A DNA stretch of 60,964 nucleotides, from contig MOYB01000001.1 in NCBI GenBank assembly GCA_001899385.1, forward strand, positions 124,173 through 185,136, read 5' to 3'. This document shows positions 35,525-45,500 of the stretch, in pieces (the first letter of the stretch is position 1; each line of letters opens with the position of its first letter). Made by a program: the position numbers and the translations under genes. The notes beneath the pieces are model-generated. The model did not search any database. It had not been told where the DNA came from and saw only the letters and a list, made by a program, of their open reading frames with translations. The DNA is from Candidatus Caenarcanum bioreactoricola. GTDB lineage: Bacteria; Cyanobacteriota; Vampirovibrionia; Caenarcaniphilales; Caenarcanaceae.

Positions 35525-36877
35525 ATGAAAGAAATAAAAATGCAAGATAAAGAAAATGATAAAAAAGATAAAGAAATTTTAAATACAAAAAAATTTAAAT
35601 TAGATTTTCATTGGCAAATATTAATAGGTATGATCTGTGGTACTGCTTTAGGTTATACATTTTATCTTGATAAAACTTTTAATTTCTTACCGTCTTTTAT
35701 AACAGTAAATCTTTTTTCTTGGGTTGGTGCCTTATTTTTAAAATTATTAAAATTAATTGTTATTCCTTTGATTTTTTGCTCTCTTATAAATGGCATTACA
35801 AGCTTACAACGAAATCAATTGGGTAAATTAGGAGCTTTTGCTTTTTCGCTTTTTATTACAAGTATTTCTTTAGCAACTGTTGTAGGTATGTCTTGGGTTA
35901 ATCTTATAAAACCTGGTATAGGCTTTGATGTAGGAGCAACTTCTAGTGTTGCTGAATTAGAAAGTATTAAAACTACTATGACTACACAACACGGACATAG
36001 TTTGTTAGATTTTATTCCTAATAATTTCTTTTTTGCACTTTCTCAGGATAACCAAATTATTCAAATAATACTTTGTGCTCTTGTTTTTGGTGTCACAATA
36101 ATCACTTTAGGAGAAAAAGTAGAACTTGTTAAAAATTATTTTCAACAATTATTTCAAATAGTACTCAAAATAACTTCCTGGGTAATGAAACTTACTCCTA
36201 TAGGTGTTTTTGGACTTCTTACACAAAGTATTTCCCTTCAAGGATTTGAACCATTCTTTGCTTTGGGTAAGCTTTTTATAACAGTTATGATTGCTTTGTT
36301 TACAATGCTTTTAGTTGTTTATCCTTTGTTATTATATATAACTACACGCATTACACCCTTAACGTTTTATTCTTCAATAAGAGCTGCAATGTTAACTGCA
36401 TTTAGTACTGGTAGTTCTGTTGCAACAATTCCAGTAACTTCCGAATGTATGAGAAAAATGCATGTTCCTCCTTCTATAAGAAACTTTGTAGTGCCTACTT
36501 CTGCTTCGATGAATCTTAATGGTACTGCTATTTATGAAGGAGTGGTTGTTCTTTTCCTTTCACAAGCTTATTTATCTGCTTCTGGACAACATGCAATTCT
36601 TCCTCTTAGTAAACAATTAGTTCTTATGTTTATAATTCTATTAACAGGCATAGGAACACCGGGCATACCTCATGCAAGTCTTGTTAGTATTGCAATGATA
36701 TTAAAATTCTTAGGTTTTCCTTTAGATGCTTTAGGTTTAATAATTTCAATAGATAGACTTTTAGATATGTTTAGAACTTGTGTCAATGTAACAGGTGATT
36801 GTATGGTAACTCTTATTGTTAATAAATTTGTAAAAGTATCTAAAGATGAAGATGAACAATATGAGTTTGAACCTTAA
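35525..36877 (+). CDS. Dicarboxylate/amino acid:cation symporter (DAACS family)
   Basis: Multi-TM protein with SSVATIPV and PTSASMNLNGTAIYEG hairpin motifs. 450 aa. Confidence 0.75.
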   Translation: MKEIKMQDKENDKKDKEILNTKKFKLDFHWQILIGMICGTALGYTFYLDKTFNFLPSFITVNLFSWVGALFLKLLKLIVIPLIFCSLINGITSLQRNQLGKLGAFAFSLFITSISLATVVGMSWVNLIKPGIGFDVGATSSVAELESIKTTMTTQHGHSLLDFIPNNFFFALSQDNQIIQIILCALVFGVTIITLGEKVELVKNYFQQLFQIVLKITSWVMKLTPIGVFGLLTQSISLQGFEPFFALGKLFITVMIALFTMLLVVYPLLLYITTRITPLTFYSSIRAAMLTAFSTGSSVATIPVTSECMRKMHVPPSIRNFVVPTSASMNLNGTAIYEGVVVLFLSQAYLSASGQHAILPLSKQLVLMFIILLTGIGTPGIPHASLVSIAMILKFLGFPLDALGLIISIDRLLDMFRTCVNVTGDCMVTLIVNKFVKVSKDEDEQYEFEP

Positions 36878-36885
36878 AATAATTA

Positions 36886-38160
36886 ATGAAAATATCTGAA
36901 CTTATAGCACCTGCTGGTTCTTTAGAAAGTTTAGAAACTGCTTTGTTATATGGAGCAGATGCTATTTATGCAGGAGTACCAAATTTTGGTTTAAGAGCAA
37001 AAAGTCTTCTTACTCCTGAAGAGTTAATTTACGGTTCAGAAATTATACATAAACAAAATAAAAAATTATATTTAACACTTAATTCTTTTTTTAAAAATAG
37101 TGATTTTGATAATCTAGATAAACTCTGTAATATTATAAAAGCAATAAATGCTGATGCTCTTATAATCTCAGATTTAGCTGTTTTTACTGAAATGAAAAAA
37201 AATTTTCCTAATATAGAATTTCATGTTTCAACACAAGCAAATATTTGTTCTTATAAAGCAGTAAATTCTTGGGCAAATTTAGGGGCAGATTTGTGTGTAC
37301 TTGCTCGTGAATTAAGTTTTACAGAAATAAAAGAAATAAGAGAAAAATGTCCTAATATTAAACTTGAAACTTTTATACATGGTGCAATGTGCATGTCTTA
37401 TTCAGGTCGTTGCTTACTCTCGAATTTTTTAACTGGTAGAGCTGCAAATAAAGGAGACTGTGCGCACTCTTGTAGATGGAAATATAAAGTCTATTTAGAA
37501 GAAGAAAAACGACCTAATGAATTCTTTGAACTTATTGAAGATGATAAAGGTTCTTATATTTTAAATTCTAAAGATTTATGTTTAATGTCAAAAATAAATA
37601 AGCTTTTAGAAATAGGGATAGATTCTCTTAAAATCGAAGGTAGAAATAAAACTCAATATTATGCAGCTATAGTAGTACGTGCTTATAAGCAAGCAATGAA
37701 AGACTATTACAAAAACTCTGAAAATTTTAATTATAAGCTTTATACAGAAGAATTATTAACTGTTGCAAATAGAGGTTATACAGAAGGATTTTTTGAAGGG
37801 AATCTTTCAGAAAAAGCACATAATTATGAAACAACTGCTTCTAATTCTAAATTTGAATGGGCAGCTTATATAGAAGATTTAAAAGAAGATTATTTTGTTT
37901 TAAGAATTAAAAATAAAATACAAATAGGAGATGTTTTTGAGTTTATATCACCTATTTGGGGACAAGATAAAAAAGTAAAAATAAATAATTTAATAGACAA
38001 CAAAACTTCTTTAAAAAAAGATGTAGTACATGGTTCAGAGAATACAGAAATAAGATTTTATTTTAAAGATTTTTTAGAACAAAATAATAATTTAACTTTA
38101 GAAGAATTAAAGAAAAATTTTCCTAAATATACAGTTATTAGAAAAGAAAAAAGTTTTTAA
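36886..38160 (+). CDS. Peptidase U32 family protein
   Basis: ELIAPAGSLESLETALLYGADAIYAG, FIHGAMCMSYSGRCLLS, LKIEGR motifs. 424 aa. Confidence 0.8.
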   Translation: MKISELIAPAGSLESLETALLYGADAIYAGVPNFGLRAKSLLTPEELIYGSEIIHKQNKKLYLTLNSFFKNSDFDNLDKLCNIIKAINADALIISDLAVFTEMKKNFPNIEFHVSTQANICSYKAVNSWANLGADLCVLARELSFTEIKEIREKCPNIKLETFIHGAMCMSYSGRCLLSNFLTGRAANKGDCAHSCRWKYKVYLEEEKRPNEFFELIEDDKGSYILNSKDLCLMSKINKLLEIGIDSLKIEGRNKTQYYAAIVVRAYKQAMKDYYKNSENFNYKLYTEELLTVANRGYTEGFFEGNLSEKAHNYETTASNSKFEWAAYIEDLKEDYFVLRIKNKIQIGDVFEFISPIWGQDKKVKINNLIDNKTSLKKDVVHGSENTEIRFYFKDFLEQNNNLTLEELKKNFPKYTVIRKEKSF

Positions 38161-38187
38161 TATAAATTTTAAATTAAAAGCCTCATT

Positions 38188-39426
38188 TTAAATCTTATTT
38201 AAGATTGTTTTAAATAGAGATGAACTTTGCTTTGCCATATGACTTGTACTTTTCCTAGGAACAAATGCTGCTCCACTATCAAGCCCTACTGCTAACTCTG
38301 CAAAATCTTCTGCAATAATTGAATTAGGATTACTTTCTAAAATAGCCATTTGAGTTTGTGCTGCTTTTATAGCTCCTAAATAATCATTACTTATATAAAA
38401 AGATATAGGGAATTCAAATGCTTTCTCAAGATCTTGAGTTTTAAATACTCCTACTTGAGCATCATAACGATTTATAAGAATTCTTATTTTATTTTGTTCT
38501 ACTCCTAAATCTTTAAGTACATTTAAATAATTTTTGTTGTCCCAAATAGAAGTTATATCTAAATTTGAAACTATTATAATTTGATCTGCAGCTTCAACAG
38601 TAGCAAGAAATCGTGCATCAAAAGTATGAGTAGGTAAATCTATAAGTATATAAGCGAAATTCTTTGCTAATAAATTAATTGCTCCTTTTAATCTTTCAAA
38701 ATCAAAACCTTGTATTACTGAATCAAAATTTAAACTTGAACCTATAATGGCTAGATTATCTGTTAACCAAGTACAAGAACTTGAAATATAAGAAGCCCCA
38801 ATATTTTCAAGATTTTTACAAATATCTTCTATATTCATTGTAGCTTCTGCACCTAAAAGCTTAGAACAATGATTTGATTGATTTGAAAGATCAAGTATTA
38901 AAGTTTTACGTTTAAGTGCATCTAATTCTGAAAAACAAAATCCTAGATTAGCAGTAACAGTGCTTACTCCAGTTCCTCCTTTGTAACTAGAAAGCATTAT
39001 TATTTGTGCATCTCCTGCTTTTTTAGTTGTTTGAGAATTAGAAGGAGCTGTACTTATATTAATACCGCCTAGAGAATTTAAAATATCTTTTACTTCTTGT
39101 CCTGAGAAAGGAAGGAATAACATATCAGCTATTCCTCTTTTCATGATTTGCATCATTAAATCTGGATCTTTCTGTGGAACAATACAAACAATTCGTGCTG
39201 AAGGATTAACTTCTTTTATTCTATTTATTGTTTCAAAACTATTATTAGGAGAGATAAATTCAATCTCAACAAACATTAATTGAAAACTTAGATCATGTAG
39301 AAAAAGTCCTATATCTTTTTGAGTACAAGGAATTATACATTCAGCTGGCAAACCAGCTGAGCAAAGTCCTTCAAGTATTTTATTTTGATTGCCTGAATTA
39401 TCTGGAGTAATAACTAAAGTCTGCAT
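38188..39426 (-). CDS. CpaE/TadZ-like ATPase (pseudo-receiver domain plus ParA/MinD-type ATPase)
   Basis: The N-terminal receiver-like fold has Glu at the phospho-acceptor position (LMFVEIEF). Deviant Walker A SSYKGGTGVSTVTANLG. Confidence 0.55.
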   Translation of the reverse strand: MQTLVITPDNSGNQNKILEGLCSAGLPAECIIPCTQKDIGLFLHDLSFQLMFVEIEFISPNNSFETINRIKEVNPSARIVCIVPQKDPDLMMQIMKRGIADMLFLPFSGQEVKDILNSLGGINISTAPSNSQTTKKAGDAQIIMLSSYKGGTGVSTVTANLGFCFSELDALKRKTLILDLSNQSNHCSKLLGAEATMNIEDICKNLENIGASYISSSCTWLTDNLAIIGSSLNFDSVIQGFDFERLKGAINLLAKNFAYILIDLPTHTFDARFLATVEAADQIIIVSNLDITSIWDNKNYLNVLKDLGVEQNKIRILINRYDAQVGVFKTQDLEKAFEFPISFYISNDYLGAIKAAQTQMAILESNPNSIIAEDFAELAVGLDSGAAFVPRKSTSHMAKQSSSLFKTILNKI

Positions 39427-39469
39427 ATTTTAATATATTATTTTGCGTAAACTTTATATTCCCAGAAAA

Positions 39470-40225
39470 TTATTTATCAATAACTAATTTATATCCTATT
39501 CCTCTAACTGTTTTTATTATCTTTGGATTAGCAGGATCATCTTCTAATTTTTCTCTGAGATATCTTATATGAACATCAACAGTGCGGGATTCTCCTATAA
39601 AAGACCAGCCCCAAACTTCTTCTAACAATTGATCTCTTTGAAAAACTCTATTAGGTGATAAAGCAAGTTTTTTAAGTAATTCAAATTCTCTTTGTGTTAA
39701 ATATAAACTTTGTCCTTTATATATAACAGTGTAATTTCTAAAGTTCATTTTTAAATTACCAAGTTGAAATTCTTCTATTTCATCTTTTTTTATTCCTTCA
39801 TTATTTTCTTGTGTTGTTAATGTTTTTGAACTTTCTGAAATACGAAGATGTGTTTTTACCCTAGCAACTAATTCTTTAAGACGTGCAGGTTTTGCAATAT
39901 AATCATCAGCACCCATTTCAAGTCCAATAACAGTATCTATTTCATTACTTCTTGCTGTTAACATTAAAATAGGAATACGATTGCCTTCCTCTCTTAATTT
40001 TTTACAAACATCAAAACCATTCATTTTAGGAAGCATTAAATCTAAAATTAAAAGATCTGGATAATTTTTATTCACTAAATTTAAAGCTTCATGTCCATCA
40101 GTAGCTAAAAGAACATCATAACCTTCATGTTTAAGAGTAAATTCTATACTTTTAAGTATGTCGATTTCATCATCAACAACAAGTATTGTTTTTTTATTTT
40201 CTTTTATTTTGTTTATTGGCATCAT
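39470..40225 (-). CDS. OmpR/PhoB-family response regulator
   Basis: ILVVDDE, LLILDLMLP phospho-acceptor, LTAR, ADDYIAKP, winged-helix TVRGIGYKL. No adjacent histidine kinase. Confidence 0.85.
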   Translation of the reverse strand: MMPINKIKENKKTILVVDDEIDILKSIEFTLKHEGYDVLLATDGHEALNLVNKNYPDLLILDLMLPKMNGFDVCKKLREEGNRIPILMLTARSNEIDTVIGLEMGADDYIAKPARLKELVARVKTHLRISESSKTLTTQENNEGIKKDEIEEFQLGNLKMNFRNYTVIYKGQSLYLTQREFELLKKLALSPNRVFQRDQLLEEVWGWSFIGESRTVDVHIRYLREKLEDDPANPKIIKTVRGIGYKLVIDK

Positions 40226-40266
40226 GTATTAATATATTGGCAAAATACACCTTAATATTATTATAG

Positions 40267-40286
40267 TAGAAAATTTTCTAGAAAAT
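40267..40286. promoter_or_regulatory. Overlapping perfect AT-rich palindromes (TAGAAAATTTTCTA and ATTTTCTAGAAAAT), candidate operator
   Basis: Lies in the divergent intergenic region between the response regulator gene and mntP. The second 14-mer recurs exactly at 60058..60071. Confidence 0.3.
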
Positions 40287-40405
40287 GTTTTCTTTTTGTA
40301 AGATTTATATTAAGAAAATATCTATAATATTAAAATTCATATAAAATAAATTTTTCAAAAAATATTGAATAATAAACTATAATTTTTTAAGTTTTTTTAT
40401 AAATT

Positions 40406-40981
40406 ATGTTAACTATATTAAATATTTTATTAATATCTATTGGTGTAGGTATGGATACTTTTGCAGTATGCCTTTGTAAAGGTTTTTTAAATAAAAATCT
40501 TAGCTTATACAAAATATTTTTAATAAGTTTTTGTTTTGGTATTTTTCATATAATAATGCCTTCTTTAGGTTCTTTTTTAGGGGATTTCTTTAGAATTTGG
40601 ATTCAAAAAGCTGATCATTGGTTTGCTTTTATTATTCTTTCTTTTATTGGTATAAAAATGATTTATGAAAGTCTAAAAGATAATGAAGAAACTAATATTA
40701 ATAATGAAATTTCATTAAAAACTATATTCTTTTTATCTTTTGCCTTAAGTATTGATGCTTTTGCTGTTGGAATAACACTGCCTTTTTTAAAATTACCTTT
40801 AATAATTTCGATTATATCTATGGGATTTACAATTTTTTTACTTTCTATTTTAGGGATATTCTTAGGAAAAAAATTAGGAGATCATTTAGGAAATCATTTA
40901 GATAAAAAAGCAGAAATTTTTGGGGGTTTAATTCTTCTTTTTATTGGCTTGAAAATTTTATTAGAACATATAAATTCCTAA
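40406..40981 (+). CDS. mntP: Manganese efflux pump MntP
   Basis: 191 aa and 6 TM helices, with duplicated GMDTFAV / SIDAFAVG motifs. Confidence 0.75.
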   Translation: MLTILNILLISIGVGMDTFAVCLCKGFLNKNLSLYKIFLISFCFGIFHIIMPSLGSFLGDFFRIWIQKADHWFAFIILSFIGIKMIYESLKDNEETNINNEISLKTIFFLSFALSIDAFAVGITLPFLKLPLIISIISMGFTIFLLSILGIFLGKKLGDHLGNHLDKKAEIFGGLILLFIGLKILLEHINS

Positions 40982-42204
40982 TTAAATAAATGATGATGTT
41001 TCATTTTCTTTATTTCTATATAATTTTTATTAATATCATTAATACATATTAAAGGAATTCTTTCTTTTATTTCTATTTCAAAGTTTTTTAGACTAGTTAT
41101 TTTTTCTGGATTGTTAGTCATAAGTCTTATAGATGAAACTCCTAAATCTTTTAATATTTGTGCTGCAATCCAATATTTCCTTAAATCATCTTTAAATCCA
41201 AGTTTTCTATTTGCTTCATAAGTATCTAAACCATCATCTTGAAGTGCATAAGCTTTTATTTTATTTATAAGACCAATACCTCGTCCTTCTTGTCTTAAAT
41301 AAATTAAAATTCCTGCTCCTTCTTTTGCAATCTTTTCTTGAGCAAGTCTTAGTTGATCTTGACAATCACATCTTAAGCTTCCAAAACAATCTCCTGTTAA
41401 GCATTCACTGTGTATTCTAACAATTACTGAATCTTGATTTTTTATATTTCCATAAACTAATGCAACATGTTCTTTTTTATTTACTTTTTCTGTATAACCT
41501 ATTATTTCAAATTCTCCAAATTTACTAGGTAATTTAGCACTTGCTTCTCTAATTATAAGTTGTTCATGCTTAATACGATATTGAATAAGTTGCGCAACAG
41601 TTATAAAAGGAATATTATGTTTTTTTGCAAAAATAGCAAGTTCTTCTCTTCTTGCCATAGTGCCATCTTCATTTACAATTTCACAAATCACTCCAGCGGC
41701 TTTAAATCCAGCCATTTTAGCAAGATCGATAGCAGCTTCTGTTTGACCTATTCTTTCAAGTACACCATTGTCTTTAGCGATAAGTGGGAAAATATGCCCA
41801 GGACGTCTTAAATCAGAAGGTTTAGCATCATCTTTTATACAAGTTAATATTGTATAGGCTCTGTCAAAAGCAGAAACACCTGTACTGACTCCAAATTTAT
41901 GATCTGCATCTATAGAAATAGTGAAAGCTGTACCTTTAGGATCAGTACTTTTATTTGTCATTAATTCTAGATCAAGTTTTTTTGCAATTTCACTAGAAAC
42001 AGGCATACAAATCAAACCCTTAGCTTCTTTTATCATGAAATTTATTATCTCAGGAGTTATTTTTTCTGCTGCACAAATTAAATCTCCTTCATTTTCGCGA
42101 TCTTCATCATCAGCTACTATTACTAAACCGCCCTTTTTTATAGTTTCTATAGCAGTTTCAACATTATCAAAATTAAAATTATATTGTTTTTTTATACTTT
42201 CCAT
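40978..42204 (-). CDS. ribBA: Bifunctional 3,4-dihydroxy-2-butanone-4-phosphate synthase / GTP cyclohydrolase II
   Basis: [11 protein letters not shown] (RibB) and [23 protein letters not shown] (RibA). 408 aa. Confidence 0.9.
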   Translation of the reverse strand: MESIKKQYNFNFDNVETAIETIKKGGLVIVADDEDRENEGDLICAAEKITPEIINFMIKEAKGLICMPVSSEIAKKLDLELMTNKSTDPKGTAFTISIDADHKFGVSTGVSAFDRAYTILTCIKDDAKPSDLRRPGHIFPLIAKDNGVLERIGQTEAAIDLAKMAGFKAAGVICEIVNEDGTMARREELAIFAKKHNIPFITVAQLIQYRIKHEQLIIREASAKLPSKFGEFEIIGYTEKVNKKEHVALVYGNIKNQDSVIVRIHSECLTGDCFGSLRCDCQDQLRLAQEKIAKEGAGILIYLRQEGRGIGLINKIKAYALQDDGLDTYEANRKLGFKDDLRKYWIAAQILKDLGVSSIRLMTNNPEKITSLKNFEIEIKERIPLICINDINKNYIEIKKMKHHHLFN

Positions 42205-42286
42205 AAAATAGTTGAAATTTTTTATATATTATACTAAAAACTTTTATATAATTTAAAAATTCTGAATAAAAGCATAATTTAAAATA

Positions 42287-45200
42287 ATGTTTACTGATTA
42301 CTTTATAAAACGTCCTATTTTCGCTTCTGTATGCTCAATAATAATAGCTGTTGTAGGCTTGATTTGCATGATAAATCTACCTATTGAACAATTTCCACCT
42401 ATAGCTCCTCCTCAAATATCTATAAAAAGTGTATATATTGGTGCAAGCTCTGAAGTAGTTGAATCTAGTGTAACTATTCCTATTGAACAAGAATTAAATG
42501 GTCTTGAAGGACTCCGTTATATGAGTTCAAACAGTGATAATACTGGTACAAGTGAAATAATAATTACTTTAGAACCTTCTAGAAATATTGAAGATGCTAT
42601 TTTAGAAATACAAAATAAAATAAAACAAGCAGAAGCAAGACTTCCAGAAGAAGTAAAAAGAAGTGGAATTACAATAGAAAAAAGTTCTAACTCTATTATT
42701 ATGGCTTTGGCATTTATTTCTCCTAAAAAAACTTATGATAAATTCTTTATAAGTGATTATGTAGAACGGAATGTAAGTGATTCTTTAAAAAGAGTTAAAG
42801 GTGTAGGAAGTGTTTTTACTTTTGGACAAAGAAGATATGCAATGCGTGTATGGCTTGATCCAATAAAAATGGCTTCAAGAAATATAAGTTCTAGTGAATT
42901 AATTTCAGCTTTATCTGAACAAAATATATAAGTACCTGCTGGTAAAATAGGAGAACCTCCTTTTGATGATGGTCAAAGTTTCCAAATGAGTATAAAAGCT
43001 CTTAGTAGGCTTAAAACACCAGAAGAATTTGATGAAATAATTATAAAAACAGATCAAGCTGGTAATCTTATTAAAATAAAAGATGTAGGAAGAGTTGAAT
43101 TAGGTGCTGAAAATTATAGTGATTTTCTTTCTTTTAGTGGTGAAGAAAATATAGTTGGTATGTTAATTAATCAACTACCTGGCTCAAATGCTCTTGATGT
43201 AAATAAAAGAGTTAGAGCTGAAATAGAACACTTAGCTAAAAGTTTTCCAGAAGATTTAAAATATGTAATTCCCTTTAGTCCTACTGAATTTGTAAAAGAA
43301 TCTATAAATGAAGTGGTAAAAACTCTTATAGAATCTATTTTATTAGTTATATTAGTTATATTTATTTTCTTGCAAAGATGGAGAAGTACTTTAATACCTG
43401 CAATTACTATCCCTGTTTCTTTGATAGGTACTTTTATCTTTATGAAACTTGTTGGTGTTTCAATAAATACTTTAACACTTTTTGGTTTAACATTAGCTAC
43501 TGGACTAGTTGTTGACGATGCTATTGTTGTATTAGAAAACATTTCAAGATTTATAGAAGAGAAAAAAATGCCTTCTTTACAAGCAGCATCAGAAGGTATG
43601 AAAGAAATATTTAGCGCTGTTTTAGCAACTTCAATAGTTTTAATTTCAGTTTTCATACCGGCTTGTTTTTTCCCTGGTTCAACTGGAGAGCTTTATAGAC
43701 AATTATCTTTAGCAATTACTTTTTCAATTATAATTTCAACTTTTAATGCAGTTACTTTATCACCTGCTTTGTCTGCATTATTTTTAAGATCAAATCTTAA
43801 AGCAAAAGAAGGTAAATTCTATGATATAATCAATAATTCTATTAAGAGTCTCAAAAATAAAGTAAAATCTATATTAGTTTTCTGCTTTAGAAAACAAGTT
43901 TGGATTTTAAGTTTTTATATTTTTTGTTTAGCTTCTATTTTTATTGTTTATAAATTATTACCATCAAGTTTTGTACCAGAAGAAGATAGAAGTTATTTTG
44001 TAATAAGTGTGCAAGCCCCTGAAGGTACTTCTATAGAAAATACTAAAAAAATAGTAGATCAAGTGCAATATGTTTTAGGAAAAGAAAAAGATCTTCAAGG
44101 AGTTTTTGCAATAGTAGGATTTAGTTTCTTTGGCTCAGGTCCTAATAAAGCAATACTATTTCCAACACTTAAAGAATTTAAACATAGGAAAAAAGTTAGT
44201 CAATCAGCTAAAGCAGTTTTAGCAAGATTAAGACCACAGCTTATGGGAATACCTGGTGCTTATGTTATACCTTTTAATCCTCCTGCAATAGAAGGACTTG
44301 GAAATTTTGGAGGATTTCAATATGAATTAAAAGCAGATGGTACTGTTTCTTTACAAGATCTTGCAAAATATGCTTATATGTTAATGGGAGCATCAACAGA
44401 AGATCCTCGCTTAGCAGGGGTGTTTACAAGCTTTACAGCAAGTGATCCACAAATACAAATAGAAATAGATAGAGATAAAGCAAAATCTTTAGGAGTTGAT
44501 TTAAGAGAAATACTTGCTACATTACAAGTTTATATGGCTTCTGATTATGTAAATGACTTTGATTTAAGAAATAAAATTTATAGAGTTTATGCACAAGCAG
44601 ATAAACAATTTAGATCAAATCCAAAAGACATAGATAATTTATATGTAAAATCTCAAACAGGTGAAATGATACCAATGAGTAATCTTATAATCAAAAAAGA
44701 GACTGTATCACCTCAAGTTATATCACATTTTAATTTAGAGAGATCGGCAGAAATAAGCGGTTCAGCGGGACTGGGTTTTAGTTCAGGGCAGGCAATAAAA
44801 GCAATGGAAGAATTATCTGCCAAACTTTTACCTAAAGGTTTTACCTTTGAATGGGCAGGAATTTCAAGAGAAGAATTAGAAACAGGTAATAAAGTATTTT
44901 TACTTTTTATGTTAGGTATATTTTTTACATTTTTAGTTTTAGCAGCTCAATATGAAAGTTTTATAGATCCTTTTATTATTTTACTTTCAGTACCTTTAGC
45001 AATGTTTACTGGATTTACAGGACAGTTATTAGCAGGATTACAAAATGATGTATATTGTCAAATGGGATTATTACTTCTTATTGGAGTTGCTAGTAAAAAT
45101 GCTATATTGATAGTTGAATATGCAAATCAACTTAGGAAAAATCATAATTCATTATTAAGATCTATTATAAAAGCTACTTTAACAAGATTTAGACCTATTT

Positions 45201-45394
45201 TAATGACTTCTTTTGCTTTTATGTTAGGATTATTACCTTTAGTATTCGCACAGGGAGCAGGATCAGAAAGTAGGCATTCTTTAGGAGTACCAGTTCTTTG
45301 TGGTATGTTCTTTTCAACCTTTTTAAATCTTTTTATATTACCAATATTTTATTACATTATTGTTTCAATGAAAGAAAAGAAATTTTCAGCTTAA
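42287..45394 (+). pseudogene. RND (AcrB/HAE1-type) efflux transporter interrupted by one in-frame TAA
   Basis: ORFs 42287..42931 and 42986..45394 are in the same frame. The junction reads LSEQNI*VPAGKIGEPP, against ..QNAQVAAGQLGG.. in AcrB. TAA at 42929..42931. The combined length of about 1035 codons is typical. Confidence 0.75.
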
Positions 45395-45500
45395 TAAAAT
45401 TTTCTCTTTCCCCTATAAAACTTATGTATAGCCCTAAAAAACTAGAACAAAAGAATTATCTTAGGGAATTTAATTTCTAGATTTTAAACTTTATAAATAT

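Noticed and set aside
40226-40405. Expected yybP-ykoY manganese riboswitch upstream of mntP.
   Set aside because: The 180-bp upstream region is almost pure A/T. It lacks the conserved GC-containing cores (such as GGGGAGTAG) of that riboswitch.
42205-42286. FMN riboswitch upstream of ribBA.
   Set aside because: Only 82 bp of AT-rich spacer is available. That is too short, and it lacks the conserved G-rich FMN aptamer segments.
17706-42931. Genome-wide reassignment of TAA to glutamine, suggested by the two TAA codons at conserved Gln positions in hcp and the RND gene.
   Set aside because: Well-conserved genes here end at their expected lengths on TAA (for example sppA at 3056..3058 and miaB at 3157..3159). 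Runs of TAA follow several genes. TAG (tilS) and TGA (the MNT gene) are also used as stops. General recoding is not supported. Site-specific readthrough or plain nonsense mutation remain possible.
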